Below, one piece after another: positions 24,553 through 32,555 of a stretch of 33,942 bases of DNA. The position numbers were made by a program, and so were the translations under genes. How positions within the stretch are numbered: position 1 is the first letter of the stretch; every line of letters starts with the position of its first letter. Under the pieces are notes generated by a model. It did no database searches. It was not told where the DNA came from and was given only the letters and a program-made list of their open reading frames with translations. Source of the stretch: Lachnospiraceae bacterium (GTDB lineage: Bacteria > Bacillota > Clostridia > Lachnospirales > Lachnospiraceae); assembly GCA_024684155.1 (NCBI GenBank), contig JAIKXK010000265.1, positions 1 through 33,942 of the forward strand, written 5' to 3'.

Positions 24553-25803
24553 ATGAGAGAAAATTTAGTCGAAGCGTTACAGGAAATTTGGTCTCATAAA
24601 ATGAGATCATTCTTAACAATGCTAGGTGTTATTATAGGTATTGCGTCTATTATTGCAATTGTTTCCACCATTAAAGGTACCAATGATCAAATAATGAAAG
24701 ACTTGGTAGGAAAGGGTAATAATAACGTATCTATTAGTTTATACCAGGGTGATTACGAGTATTATTTTGAAGGGGATACAGTTTCGGAAATTACGCAGGT
24801 AACAGAAGAGCAACAGGAAGAAATCCGTTCCATCGAACATGTGGAAGATGCCACATTTTATAATTCAAGAACTTATGTAGATAATATTTCGGCTGGTTCA
24901 AAGGTGTTATCAGGTGGAAAGATTTACGGGATTGATACACATTATTTAAATACATGTGGATATGTGGTATATCAAGGTCGTGCCTTTGTGGATATTGACT
25001 ATAAAAAGTGTAATAAGGTAGCACTTTTGGATTCTACTGCTGCAGATATTTTATTTCCTGGAGAAAACGCAGTTGGTCAAACGTTAGAAATTAGCGGAGA
25101 ACCCTTTATTATTGTGGGATTATATCAACAGCAGACTGCCTTTGAACCAGATATTCAAAATCTGTCTGACTATGAAACCTATTATACGGAATCATATGGT
25201 ACGGTTTTAATACCAAATGTGGATTGGGCTATTTGCTATAAATATGATGAACCTCAAAACGCATTTGTACGAGCAGATGATACAGAAAATATGTCTGCGA
25301 TTGGAAAATCAGCTCAGAAAATTATGCAGGAGTGTATCTCATCTTCAGGAACAGATTTAACCTATACAGCAGAGGATTTAGTTGAGGAAGCTAAACAACA
25401 ACAGCAGTTGTCAAATAGTACTAATAACTTACTGATTTGGGTTGCTAGTATAGCCCTGTTAGTTGGGGGTATTGGCGTTATGAATATTATGCTGGTATCT
25501 GTAACAGAACGAACAAGAGAAATTGGTTTGAAGAGATCCCTTGGAGCCAGAAGACGAAGAATTCTAATGCAGTTTTTAACGGAATCTGCAGTTCTTACCA
25601 GTTTAGGCGGTGTTCTTGGCGTTGTGATAGGAATTGTAATGGCGGTAATTATATCAAATATTTCCGGAACACCAGTGGGAATTTCAGTGCCAGCCATTGT
25701 GGTGAGTGTAGCATTTTCTATGGTAATTGGAATTTTGTTTGGTTTACTCCCTTCCGTTAAAGCCGCTAATTTAAACCCAATCGATGCACTTCGAAGGGAA
25801 TAG
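24553..25803 (+). CDS. MacB-type ABC transporter permease (FtsX domain with large extracytoplasmic domain)
   Basis: The N-terminal MRSFLTMLGVIIGIASIIAIVS TM is followed by an extracytoplasmic domain of about 240 aa and a C-terminal FtsX 3-TM bundle (LLVGGIGVMNIMLVSVTERTREIGLKRSLGARRRRI...NLNPIDALRRE). AAGAGG lies upstream. Confidence 0.9.
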   Translation: MRENLVEALQEIWSHKMRSFLTMLGVIIGIASIIAIVSTIKGTNDQIMKDLVGKGNNNVSISLYQGDYEYYFEGDTVSEITQVTEEQQEEIRSIEHVEDATFYNSRTYVDNISAGSKVLSGGKIYGIDTHYLNTCGYVVYQGRAFVDIDYKKCNKVALLDSTAADILFPGENAVGQTLEISGEPFIIVGLYQQQTAFEPDIQNLSDYETYYTESYGTVLIPNVDWAICYKYDEPQNAFVRADDTENMSAIGKSAQKIMQECISSSGTDLTYTAEDLVEEAKQQQQLSNSTNNLLIWVASIALLVGGIGVMNIMLVSVTERTREIGLKRSLGARRRRILMQFLTESAVLTSLGGVLGVVIGIVMAVIISNISGTPVGISVPAIVVSVAFSMVIGILFGLLPSVKAANLNPIDALRRE

Positions 25804-25881
25804 TGGAATTATTATTCATTTTTTGATACAATTTCATATAAGTTTGGCAATTTATATTGTGACTAAGGAAAGGGCGTTGTT

Positions 25882-27105
25882 ATGACTAAGGAAGAAGCAG
25901 TTCTTTTATTAAAAGAACATAACCAAGAACATGTATTAAAGTATTTTGATACTTTAAGTGAAATAGAACAAAAGGATCTTTTATGTCAAATCAAAGCAGT
26001 TGATTGGGAGATGATTGAAACAGCGAAGTCTGAAGATAACCAGAGCCGTGGGGAGATTACTCCCCTTGGCGCTGTTGAAATCAAAGAAATAGAAGAGCGT
26101 AGAGAAGAGTTTGTAGAAGAAGGATTAAAGGCAATTCGAGAAGGCAAGGTAGGAGCTATCTTACTAGCTGGTGGAATGGGAACACGACTTGGTTTTGATC
26201 AGCCAAAGGGAACTTATTCTATTGGAGAAACCAGAGATTTATCTATTTTTGAATGCTTAATCAATAATCTATTAAAAGTAACAGATATGGCACAGGCCTA
26301 TGTACCACTTTATGTGATGACTAGTGAAAAGAATCATGAAGCTACTGTAAAATTCTTTGAAGAAAAGAATTACTTCGGTTACCCTGAGGAAGATGTACAC
26401 TTCTTTATTCAGGATATGGCTCCTGCAGTGGATTATGACGGAAAGCTTTTACTAGAAGAAAAAGGCAGATTGGCAACCTCTCCAAATGGAAATGGTGGTT
26501 GGTTTACATCTTTACATAAGTCTGGATTATTAGACGATGTTCATAATCGTGGAGTTGAGTGGTTAAATATTTTTGCGGTAGATAATGTATTACAGCAAAT
26601 AGCGGACCCTGCTTTTATTGGTGCTACAATTTTAAGTGGCAAAGAGAGCGGAAGCAAAGTAGTTAGAAAAGCAGAACCTCAAGAACGAGTAGGTGTTTTA
26701 TGTGCTGAAAATGGAAGACCATCTATTGTGGAATACTATGAAATGACAGATGAGATGGCAAATCTTCGTGATGAAGATGGTGAACTTACCTATCGTTTCG
26801 GAGTGATCTTAAACTATTTATTCCGTGTAGATCGTTTGGAAGAAATTATGGCAAATCATATGCATGTACATGTGGTTGAAAAGAAGATTCCTTATATTAA
26901 TGAGGAGGGTGAACTTGTAAAGCCAGAGGAACCAAACGGATATAAGTTTGAAACATTAATCCTTGATATGATTAATATGATGGATTCAAACTTACCTTAT
27001 GAAGTAGTTCGTGAAAAAGAATTTGCACCTGTGAAAAATCTTCATGGAGTAGATTCTGTAGATAGTGCAAGAGAACTTTTAAAAGCAAATGGAGTTGAAC
27101 TTTAA
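25882..27105 (+). CDS. UDPGP-family (eukaryotic-type, UAP1-like) UDP-sugar / UDP-N-acetylhexosamine pyrophosphorylase
   Basis: ILLAGGMGTRLGFDQPKGTY, LYVMTSEKNHEAT, SPNGNGGWF, FAVDNVL and YKFETLILD match the PF01704-type uridylyltransferase signature. The stop overlaps the next start (TAATG at 27103-27107). Confidence 0.8.
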   Translation: MTKEEAVLLLKEHNQEHVLKYFDTLSEIEQKDLLCQIKAVDWEMIETAKSEDNQSRGEITPLGAVEIKEIEERREEFVEEGLKAIREGKVGAILLAGGMGTRLGFDQPKGTYSIGETRDLSIFECLINNLLKVTDMAQAYVPLYVMTSEKNHEATVKFFEEKNYFGYPEEDVHFFIQDMAPAVDYDGKLLLEEKGRLATSPNGNGGWFTSLHKSGLLDDVHNRGVEWLNIFAVDNVLQQIADPAFIGATILSGKESGSKVVRKAEPQERVGVLCAENGRPSIVEYYEMTDEMANLRDEDGELTYRFGVILNYLFRVDRLEEIMANHMHVHVVEKKIPYINEEGELVKPEEPNGYKFETLILDMINMMDSNLPYEVVREKEFAPVKNLHGVDSVDSARELLKANGVEL

Positions 27106-28514
27106 TGTACAGTGAAGGGAAACGAAGCTGGGTCAAACATTTAGATTTTACATTCTTAGATCTAATATGTTTGGAACTGTCCTTAATTTTGGCATATGCA
27201 TGGCGATTCGATGGAAAATGGCTTTTTGATGAAGACATTTATCAAAGATTGGCTGTGATGGTTCTTGTCATTCATATTGTAGTGGTGTTCTTTTTGGAAC
27301 CTTATAAAGGAATTCTACGAAGAAATAAATTCCAGGAATTTAGAGCCACGCTGACTTCAGCCGTAGTATGTTTCGGTGGAGTATTGGTGTATATGTATGC
27401 CATAAAACAATCCGTACTATACTCCCGTCAGTTATTGTTTGTGTTCTTGATTTTTTCCGTAATTATGATTTACACAGAACGTGTAATTTGGAAGCGAGTG
27501 ATTCGTGCCAGAAAACTTCAGGATAAAAACAAGGCCTTAATGACAGTGGTTGCAGAAAGCTCGAATGTTGAGCGATGCTTAAAAGAAATTGCTCAGAATA
27601 AATATACAAACTTTAAAGTTACCGGTGTTGTGGTTGTGGATCAATCCCTTGAAGGCACTTTGATCATGGGAATTCCTGTAATTGCAAATGCAGATAATTT
27701 TTTAGATTATGTACGAACTCATGTTGTAGATGAAGTATTCATTGATGGAAATACGAGAGAAAGTTCAGAGGCACTTGCCTCTGCTCTAGTAGAACTAGGT
27801 ACTACCGTACATATGAGTTTGGTTCATTCAAAGGTATTAGTTCCAAATCGTCAGCTAGACAATTATGGAAATTATGTAGTATTAACAAGCAGTATGCGAA
27901 TTGCTACCAATCGGCAGTTGTTTATAAAACGTACCATGGATATTTTGGGAAGCTTGATTGGATTAATATTAGTAGGAATTGCCTATATAGTGTTTGCACC
28001 TATTATTAAGATTCAATCTCCAGGTCCAGTTTTTTATAAACAGGTTCGTATTGGAAAGAATGGTAGAAGATTTAATTTCTATAAATTCAGATCTATGCAT
28101 GTAGGCGCAGATGCTATGTTGGATAAATTAAAAGAAGAAAACGAGATGAAGGGGAATATGTTTAAAATGGAAAACGATCCTCGAATCATCCCAATTGGGC
28201 ATTTTATGAGAAAGTATTCTATTGATGAGCTTCCTCAGTTTTGGAATGTGCTAAAAGGGGATATGAGTCTTGTTGGAACCCGTCCACCTACGGAAGACGA
28301 ATACGATATGTATGAGTATCATCACAAGGCACGTCTTGGCATTCGTCCTGGTCTTACAGGAATGTGGCAAGTTAGTGGAAGAAGTGATATAACAGACTTT
28401 GAAGAAGTGGTAGAACTTGATACAGAATACATTATGAACTGGACACTAGGTTTGGATATTAAGATTTTGTTTAAAACAGTAGGAGTTGTTTTTAGCGGAA
28501 AGGGTTCAAAGTAA
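27105..28514 (+). CDS. Initiating polyprenyl-phosphate hexose-1-phosphate transferase (large WbaP/WsaP/EpsE-type bacterial sugar transferase)
   Basis: The N-terminal half has 4-5 TMs plus a Rossmann-like region. The C-terminal catalytic domain has KRTMDILGSLIGLILVGIAYIVFAPIIKIQSPGPVFYKQVRIGKNGRRFNFYKFRSM..NDPRI..IDELPQFWNVLKGDMSLVGTRPP..GLTGMWQVSGRSD. Confidence 0.9.
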   Translation: MYSEGKRSWVKHLDFTFLDLICLELSLILAYAWRFDGKWLFDEDIYQRLAVMVLVIHIVVVFFLEPYKGILRRNKFQEFRATLTSAVVCFGGVLVYMYAIKQSVLYSRQLLFVFLIFSVIMIYTERVIWKRVIRARKLQDKNKALMTVVAESSNVERCLKEIAQNKYTNFKVTGVVVVDQSLEGTLIMGIPVIANADNFLDYVRTHVVDEVFIDGNTRESSEALASALVELGTTVHMSLVHSKVLVPNRQLDNYGNYVVLTSSMRIATNRQLFIKRTMDILGSLIGLILVGIAYIVFAPIIKIQSPGPVFYKQVRIGKNGRRFNFYKFRSMHVGADAMLDKLKEENEMKGNMFKMENDPRIIPIGHFMRKYSIDELPQFWNVLKGDMSLVGTRPPTEDEYDMYEYHHKARLGIRPGLTGMWQVSGRSDITDFEEVVELDTEYIMNWTLGLDIKILFKTVGVVFSGKGSK

Positions 28515-29825
28515 TTGGCTGCAAAATTTACCGTTTTAATTCGTACATTTGGAACGAATCTTTCTTACTATAGAGATTGTTTGGAATCCTTAAACGCTCT
28601 AAGCTTTGAAAACTGGGAACTCATCATATTAGATGAAACGAATTCTCAGGAAGTAGAGTGGCTGACAGAGGAAATGTTTCCAGAGGAAAATCGAGTAGTA
28701 TATCGTAAGATTAAACATAAACATGGATTCGCCTATGCTTATAACATAGGCGTTCATTTTGCCTCTGGTGATTATATTATTTTATTAGGACAACACGATC
28801 GTTTGTCGGGTAATACGCTAGAAGCATTAAATAAAAAAGTAAAGGACTATGAAATTGTCTATAGCGATCATGATGAGTTAATCGAATCAAATCGTATGCA
28901 TCCTCATTTTAAACCTGATTATAATGAGGAACTTTTAAGACATGGTCCCTACATAGGAAGCTTTCTTTGTTTTCGAAAGAATCTATGCATGAAGATGGGT
29001 GAGTTTCACGAAAAGTTAGAATACTACCCCATGTATGATTTCTTATTTCGATGTGTGGAAGCAAAAATTCAAGTGGGACACATACCGGCACTGCTCTATC
29101 ATGAACGTGTGGTAGATGAGATGATACCAAAGGAGCGAAAAGAAAAAATGCTTCGCGAGTATGCAACCATAGTCTTAGCACATATCAGGCGAAAAGGCTT
29201 AGATGCTAGTGTAGTACCGGAAAAGAAAAACAGATTTCTCGATGTGGAATATAAGGCAGATTTTTATAAGAATCATCGAAATGAATATTTGTTTTTGCAT
29301 GAAAAGGGAGTCCGAATCCGCGGAAAAAAATATATGCAAAAATTATACAGTGTTTTATCACAGCCTGATGTTGGTGTGGTAGGCATCCGATTTTTGCACT
29401 ATGATTTCACAAATGATAATTGCGGATACATTTATGGTAATGAGGGAATTGCATACCCAGCCTGTTATAACAAAAGTGTTTTTTCAACTGGATATGAGAA
29501 CCGTGCTATTATACCTGCAGATGTAAGTATGGTAGATGCGGGCTGCTGTATGATAGATGCAAAACTTTACCGTCACATAGGAGGGTTTGGCGCAAATCTT
29601 GATGGCAGAGACATTATGTTGGATTTTTGCCTAAAAGCAAGAGATGCTGGACGACGTGTGGTATACTTACCAGATGTGGTTGCATATCGGAAAATAGGCA
29701 ATACCATCAGTACGCAAAGTTCAAATGGATTAATTATGGAACGTTGGCATGATAAGTTAAAAGCCGGGGATCCATTCTATAATGAGAATTTGCCTTTGGG
29801 ACTGGATAATTATGAATTGTATTAG
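28515..29825 (+). CDS. GT2 glycosyltransferase with a truncated, apparently degenerate second GT2 half-module
   Basis: TTG 28515 directly abuts the upstream TAA. The GT2 core begins at residue 5 (FTVLIRTF) and the next Met is residue 53, so a non-ATG start is required. The N-module has WELIILDETNS..GDYIILLGQHD..VYSDHDEL..FKPDYNEELLRHGPYIGSF. The C-terminal part, NEYLFLHEKGV..DVGVVGIRFLHYD..AGCCMIDA..MLDFCLKARDAGRRVVYLP, aligns with the second half of a GT2 but has HEK where the paralogue at 5484 has NND. Confidence 0.7.
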   Translation: MAAKFTVLIRTFGTNLSYYRDCLESLNALSFENWELIILDETNSQEVEWLTEEMFPEENRVVYRKIKHKHGFAYAYNIGVHFASGDYIILLGQHDRLSGNTLEALNKKVKDYEIVYSDHDELIESNRMHPHFKPDYNEELLRHGPYIGSFLCFRKNLCMKMGEFHEKLEYYPMYDFLFRCVEAKIQVGHIPALLYHERVVDEMIPKERKEKMLREYATIVLAHIRRKGLDASVVPEKKNRFLDVEYKADFYKNHRNEYLFLHEKGVRIRGKKYMQKLYSVLSQPDVGVVGIRFLHYDFTNDNCGYIYGNEGIAYPACYNKSVFSTGYENRAIIPADVSMVDAGCCMIDAKLYRHIGGFGANLDGRDIMLDFCLKARDAGRRVVYLPDVVAYRKIGNTISTQSSNGLIMERWHDKLKAGDPFYNENLPLGLDNYELY

Positions 29826-29838
29826 TGAGGACTTTATT

Positions 29839-30924
29839 ATGGCTAAGAAAGCTACAAAGAAAATGTCAAAAAAACAGATGAAAAGAAAAAAGCAAAAGAA
29901 AATACTTATAATTGAGTTTGTCATCCTTTTAGTACTTCTTGTTGTTTTATTCGTATGGGTGAAATTTGGAAAGATTGATTTTAACTCTTTGAGAGACATT
30001 GCAACAAATAACCTAGATGACGATACAAAAGAATTATTAGATGGATATACCACCATTGCACTATTTGGGGTGGATAATCGTAGTGTTGGAGACTATGATA
30101 CAGGAAATTCTGATAGTATTATGATCTGTAGCATTAATAATGATACAAAAGAAGTAAAGATTGTTTCTGTTTATCGTGATACCTTTATGGATGTGGATGG
30201 TGAAGGAACTCTTAGAAAATGTAACTATGCATACAATCATGGTGGTGTAGAAGAAGCAATTGAAATGCTAAATAGAAACCTGGATTTAGATATTCAAAAC
30301 TATGTAACTGTAGATTTCTATGCATTGGCAGAAGCTGTTGATTCTGTTGGTGGAATCACTTTACCAGAGGGACTTGGTACGGAGGAGGCAGAATATGTTA
30401 ACTCCTATATTGGTGAAGTTGCTGCTGTTACAGGAAAGACTGGAAATAATGTAAGTGCAGGACAGACAGAATTAGATGGTGTTCAGGCTGTTGCCTATTG
30501 CCGAGTACGTTATACTTCCGGCGGAGATTTTAAGCGTGCGGAAAGACAGCGTACTGTAGTAAACTGTTTGGTAGAAGAAGTGAAAGGAGCAAGCATCTTT
30601 GAATTAAACGATTTAGTAGATGGAATTCTTCCATATATTTCTACAAGCTTAACAGCATCCAATATTATGGGTATGGCTACAGCGATGCAGGATTATACAT
30701 TAGCAGATACCCATGGATTCCCATTTACTATGAGAACAGAAACCTATGGATCTAACCCAGGTTCGGTAGATGTACCATGTACATTGGAAACGAATGTTTC
30801 TGAGTTGTACCAATATTTATTTGGGGAAGAACATACCGCATCCACAGAATTACAGGAAATATCAGATGCGATTGTAAACTACACTGGATTTACAGAATCT
30901 TCTGCTGTAGATTACGGCTATTAA
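29839..30924 (+). CDS. LytR-CpsA-Psr (LCP) family glycopolymer-to-peptidoglycan phosphotransferase
   Basis: A basic N-terminus (MAKKATKKMSKKQMKRKKQKK) plus a TM, then IALFGVDNRS..GNSDSIMICSIN..VKIVSVYRDTF..NYAYNHGG..VDFYALAEAVDSVGGI..AVAYCRVRY..GDFKRAERQR, the LCP core. ATG 29839 follows GTGAGGA; the ORF-track start 29782 overlaps the previous gene. Confidence 0.88.
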   Translation: MAKKATKKMSKKQMKRKKQKKILIIEFVILLVLLVVLFVWVKFGKIDFNSLRDIATNNLDDDTKELLDGYTTIALFGVDNRSVGDYDTGNSDSIMICSINNDTKEVKIVSVYRDTFMDVDGEGTLRKCNYAYNHGGVEEAIEMLNRNLDLDIQNYVTVDFYALAEAVDSVGGITLPEGLGTEEAEYVNSYIGEVAAVTGKTGNNVSAGQTELDGVQAVAYCRVRYTSGGDFKRAERQRTVVNCLVEEVKGASIFELNDLVDGILPYISTSLTASNIMGMATAMQDYTLADTHGFPFTMRTETYGSNPGSVDVPCTLETNVSELYQYLFGEEHTASTELQEISDAIVNYTGFTESSAVDYGY

Positions 30925-30939
30925 GATGGAATCATTTGA

Positions 30940-30975
30940 AAGGTGGTATTTTTATACCACCTTTTTTCTTTTCTT
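30940..30975 (+). terminator. Rho-independent terminator closing the glycopolymer locus
   Basis: A perfect 10-bp stem, AAGGTGGTAT (30940-30949) / ATACCACCTT (30954-30963), with a TTTT loop, followed by TTTTCTTTTC. It begins 16 nt after the LCP stop. Confidence 0.85.
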
Positions 30976-31031
30976 AAATTTGTCAAAAGTTTTTCACAAA
31001 TTTGACACAAATTGATTGTAGACTAACTAAT
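30976..31031 (+). promoter_or_regulatory. Putative htrA promoter with upstream/overlapping direct repeats
   Basis: A TTGACA consensus -35 lies at 31002-31007, with a weak -10 ACTAAT at 31026-31031 (18-bp spacer). AAATTTGTCA (30976-30985) and AAATTTGACA (30998-31007) are 22 bp apart. There is a tandem CACAAATTTGA / CACAAATTGA at 30995-31015. Confidence 0.35.
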
Positions 31032-31070
31032 GTAAAAAACAAAAAAGTATTTTGAAGGGAGTCTGATTCG

Positions 31071-32420
31071 ATGAATTACCAATACTATGAATACAACTCA
31101 AATGATAACGGCTCAGGGGATCAAGAACCAAATTATGGAGGAGGATACAATCCGTATCAGGATCCTGTTAAACCGAAAAAACCAAAAAAGGAACGTCCTT
31201 TTTTAAAAACCATAGGGAAGGTAGTAGCCATTGCTTTAGTTTTTGGACTAGTGGCTGGTTGTGCATTTGAAGGTGCAAGCTATCTTACGTCTAAGAAATT
31301 AGGAACGGATGAAGAAGTTACATCTACAGCTACTACATTGACATCAGGAGATGGCAGTGTGGATTCTACTGCAACATCCTCTGCCATTACAGTAACAGAT
31401 GTTTCAGATATTGCTGAAAATGTTATGCCTGCCATTGTACAGGTAACAAACATGTCCATTGTGGAATATAGAAGTTGGTTCGGCCAGAATTATCAGGAAG
31501 AATCTGAATCAGCTGGTTCCGGAATTATTATCAGTCAGGACGACACTTATTTATATATTGCAACAAATAACCATGTAGTAGAAGGCGCAACAACATTAAC
31601 GATTACATTTTGTGATGATACAGCAGTTGAAGCTGAGATTCAGGGAACAGACGCCCAGACAGATTTAGCTGTTGTAAAGGTAAAGGTTGCTGAAATTGAA
31701 GAGGATACCTTAAACACTATTAAGGTTGCAACTTTAGGATCTTCTGATGACCTAAAGGTAGGCTCATCCGCTGTTGTTATTGGTAACGCCCTAGGTTATG
31801 GACAGTCAGTAACAACAGGTGTTATTTCAGCCTTGGATCGAGACGTTAGTTTTGAAAATTCAGATGGATCTACTTATACACAGACCTTAATTCAAACCGA
31901 TGCTGCAGTAAACCCAGGTAACTCTGGTGGAGCACTTTTGAATATGAATGGTGAGGTTATCGGAATTGTATCAGCAAAATATTCGGATACAGATGTAGAA
32001 GGAATGGGATATGCAATTCCAATTTCAACTGCTACTTCAGTTATTGAAAGTTTAATGTCTGGAGAAGAAGTAACTACAGATGAAGATACAACAGAGGTAA
32101 CAGGTAATGGAGCTTATCTTGGTATTGCGGGAGTAGATTTAGATTCCCAGACAGCATACCAGTACAGCATGCCAACAGGTGTTTATGTAGCACAGGTTGT
32201 TTCTGGAAGTGGTTCTGAAGAGGCTGGAATTGTAAAAGGTGATGTGATTACAGCATTTAATGGTACAGAGATTACATCCATGGCAGAACTTCAGGAACTA
32301 TTAGCACAATGCAACCCTGGAGATACCGTAAGTGTATCTATTGCTCAGGCTGCAAATAATTATGCAATTACCACTGTTAATGTTACACTTGGTGAGCAGG
32401 AAACGACTACGGAAGAGTAG
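31071..32420 (+). CDS. htrA: HtrA/DegP-family (S1C) membrane-anchored serine protease with C-terminal PDZ domain
   Basis: The catalytic triad contexts are TNNHVVEG (His), TDLAVVKV (Asp) and GNSGGALLN (Ser). A single TM (VVAIALVFGLVAGCAF) and an S/T-rich linker precede the protease domain. The PDZ-like region is YLGIAGVDL..GVYVAQVVSGSGSEEAGIVKGDVITAFNG. Confidence 0.92.
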   Translation: MNYQYYEYNSNDNGSGDQEPNYGGGYNPYQDPVKPKKPKKERPFLKTIGKVVAIALVFGLVAGCAFEGASYLTSKKLGTDEEVTSTATTLTSGDGSVDSTATSSAITVTDVSDIAENVMPAIVQVTNMSIVEYRSWFGQNYQEESESAGSGIIISQDDTYLYIATNNHVVEGATTLTITFCDDTAVEAEIQGTDAQTDLAVVKVKVAEIEEDTLNTIKVATLGSSDDLKVGSSAVVIGNALGYGQSVTTGVISALDRDVSFENSDGSTYTQTLIQTDAAVNPGNSGGALLNMNGEVIGIVSAKYSDTDVEGMGYAIPISTATSVIESLMSGEEVTTDEDTTEVTGNGAYLGIAGVDLDSQTAYQYSMPTGVYVAQVVSGSGSEEAGIVKGDVITAFNGTEITSMAELQELLAQCNPGDTVSVSIAQAANNYAITTVNVTLGEQETTTEE

Positions 32421-32444
32421 TTCATAGTTTTAATAAAAAGAAAT

Positions 32445-32495
32445 GGGACTTTAAAATTTCCTTATGAAAAAGAGGGATTTTAAAGTCCCTTTTTA
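32445..32495 (+). terminator. Rho-independent terminator after htrA
   Basis: A 13-bp perfect stem, GGGACTTTAAAAT (32445-32457) / ATTTTAAAGTCCC (32477-32489), extendable by wobble pairs, followed by TTTTT (32490-32494). Confidence 0.8.
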
Positions 32496-32525
32496 GTTTC
32501 ACAATAAGGCAAGTTGTTGTATAAT
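32496..32525 (+). promoter_or_regulatory. Putative promoter of the carbamate kinase gene
   Basis: A perfect -10 TATAAT lies at 32520-32525. The -35 is only weak (GTTTCA/TTTCAC around 32496-32502). AGGAGG at 32542-32547 precedes ATG 32556. Confidence 0.35.
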
Positions 32526-32555
32526 CGTATTATATTTTCCTAGGAGGAAGGACTT

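Noticed and set aside
1042-30056. All minus-strand ORFs in the six-frame track, 60-161 aa (for example 1042-1416, 1631-1960, 8931-9299, 12934-13296, 15767-16252, 25362-25697, 29757-30056)
   Set aside because: Each lies entirely antisense to a + strand gene with strong motif support. They have no RBS and low-complexity or hydrophobic mirror-image composition with no recognisable motifs. They are the expected antisense open frames of an AT-rich genome.
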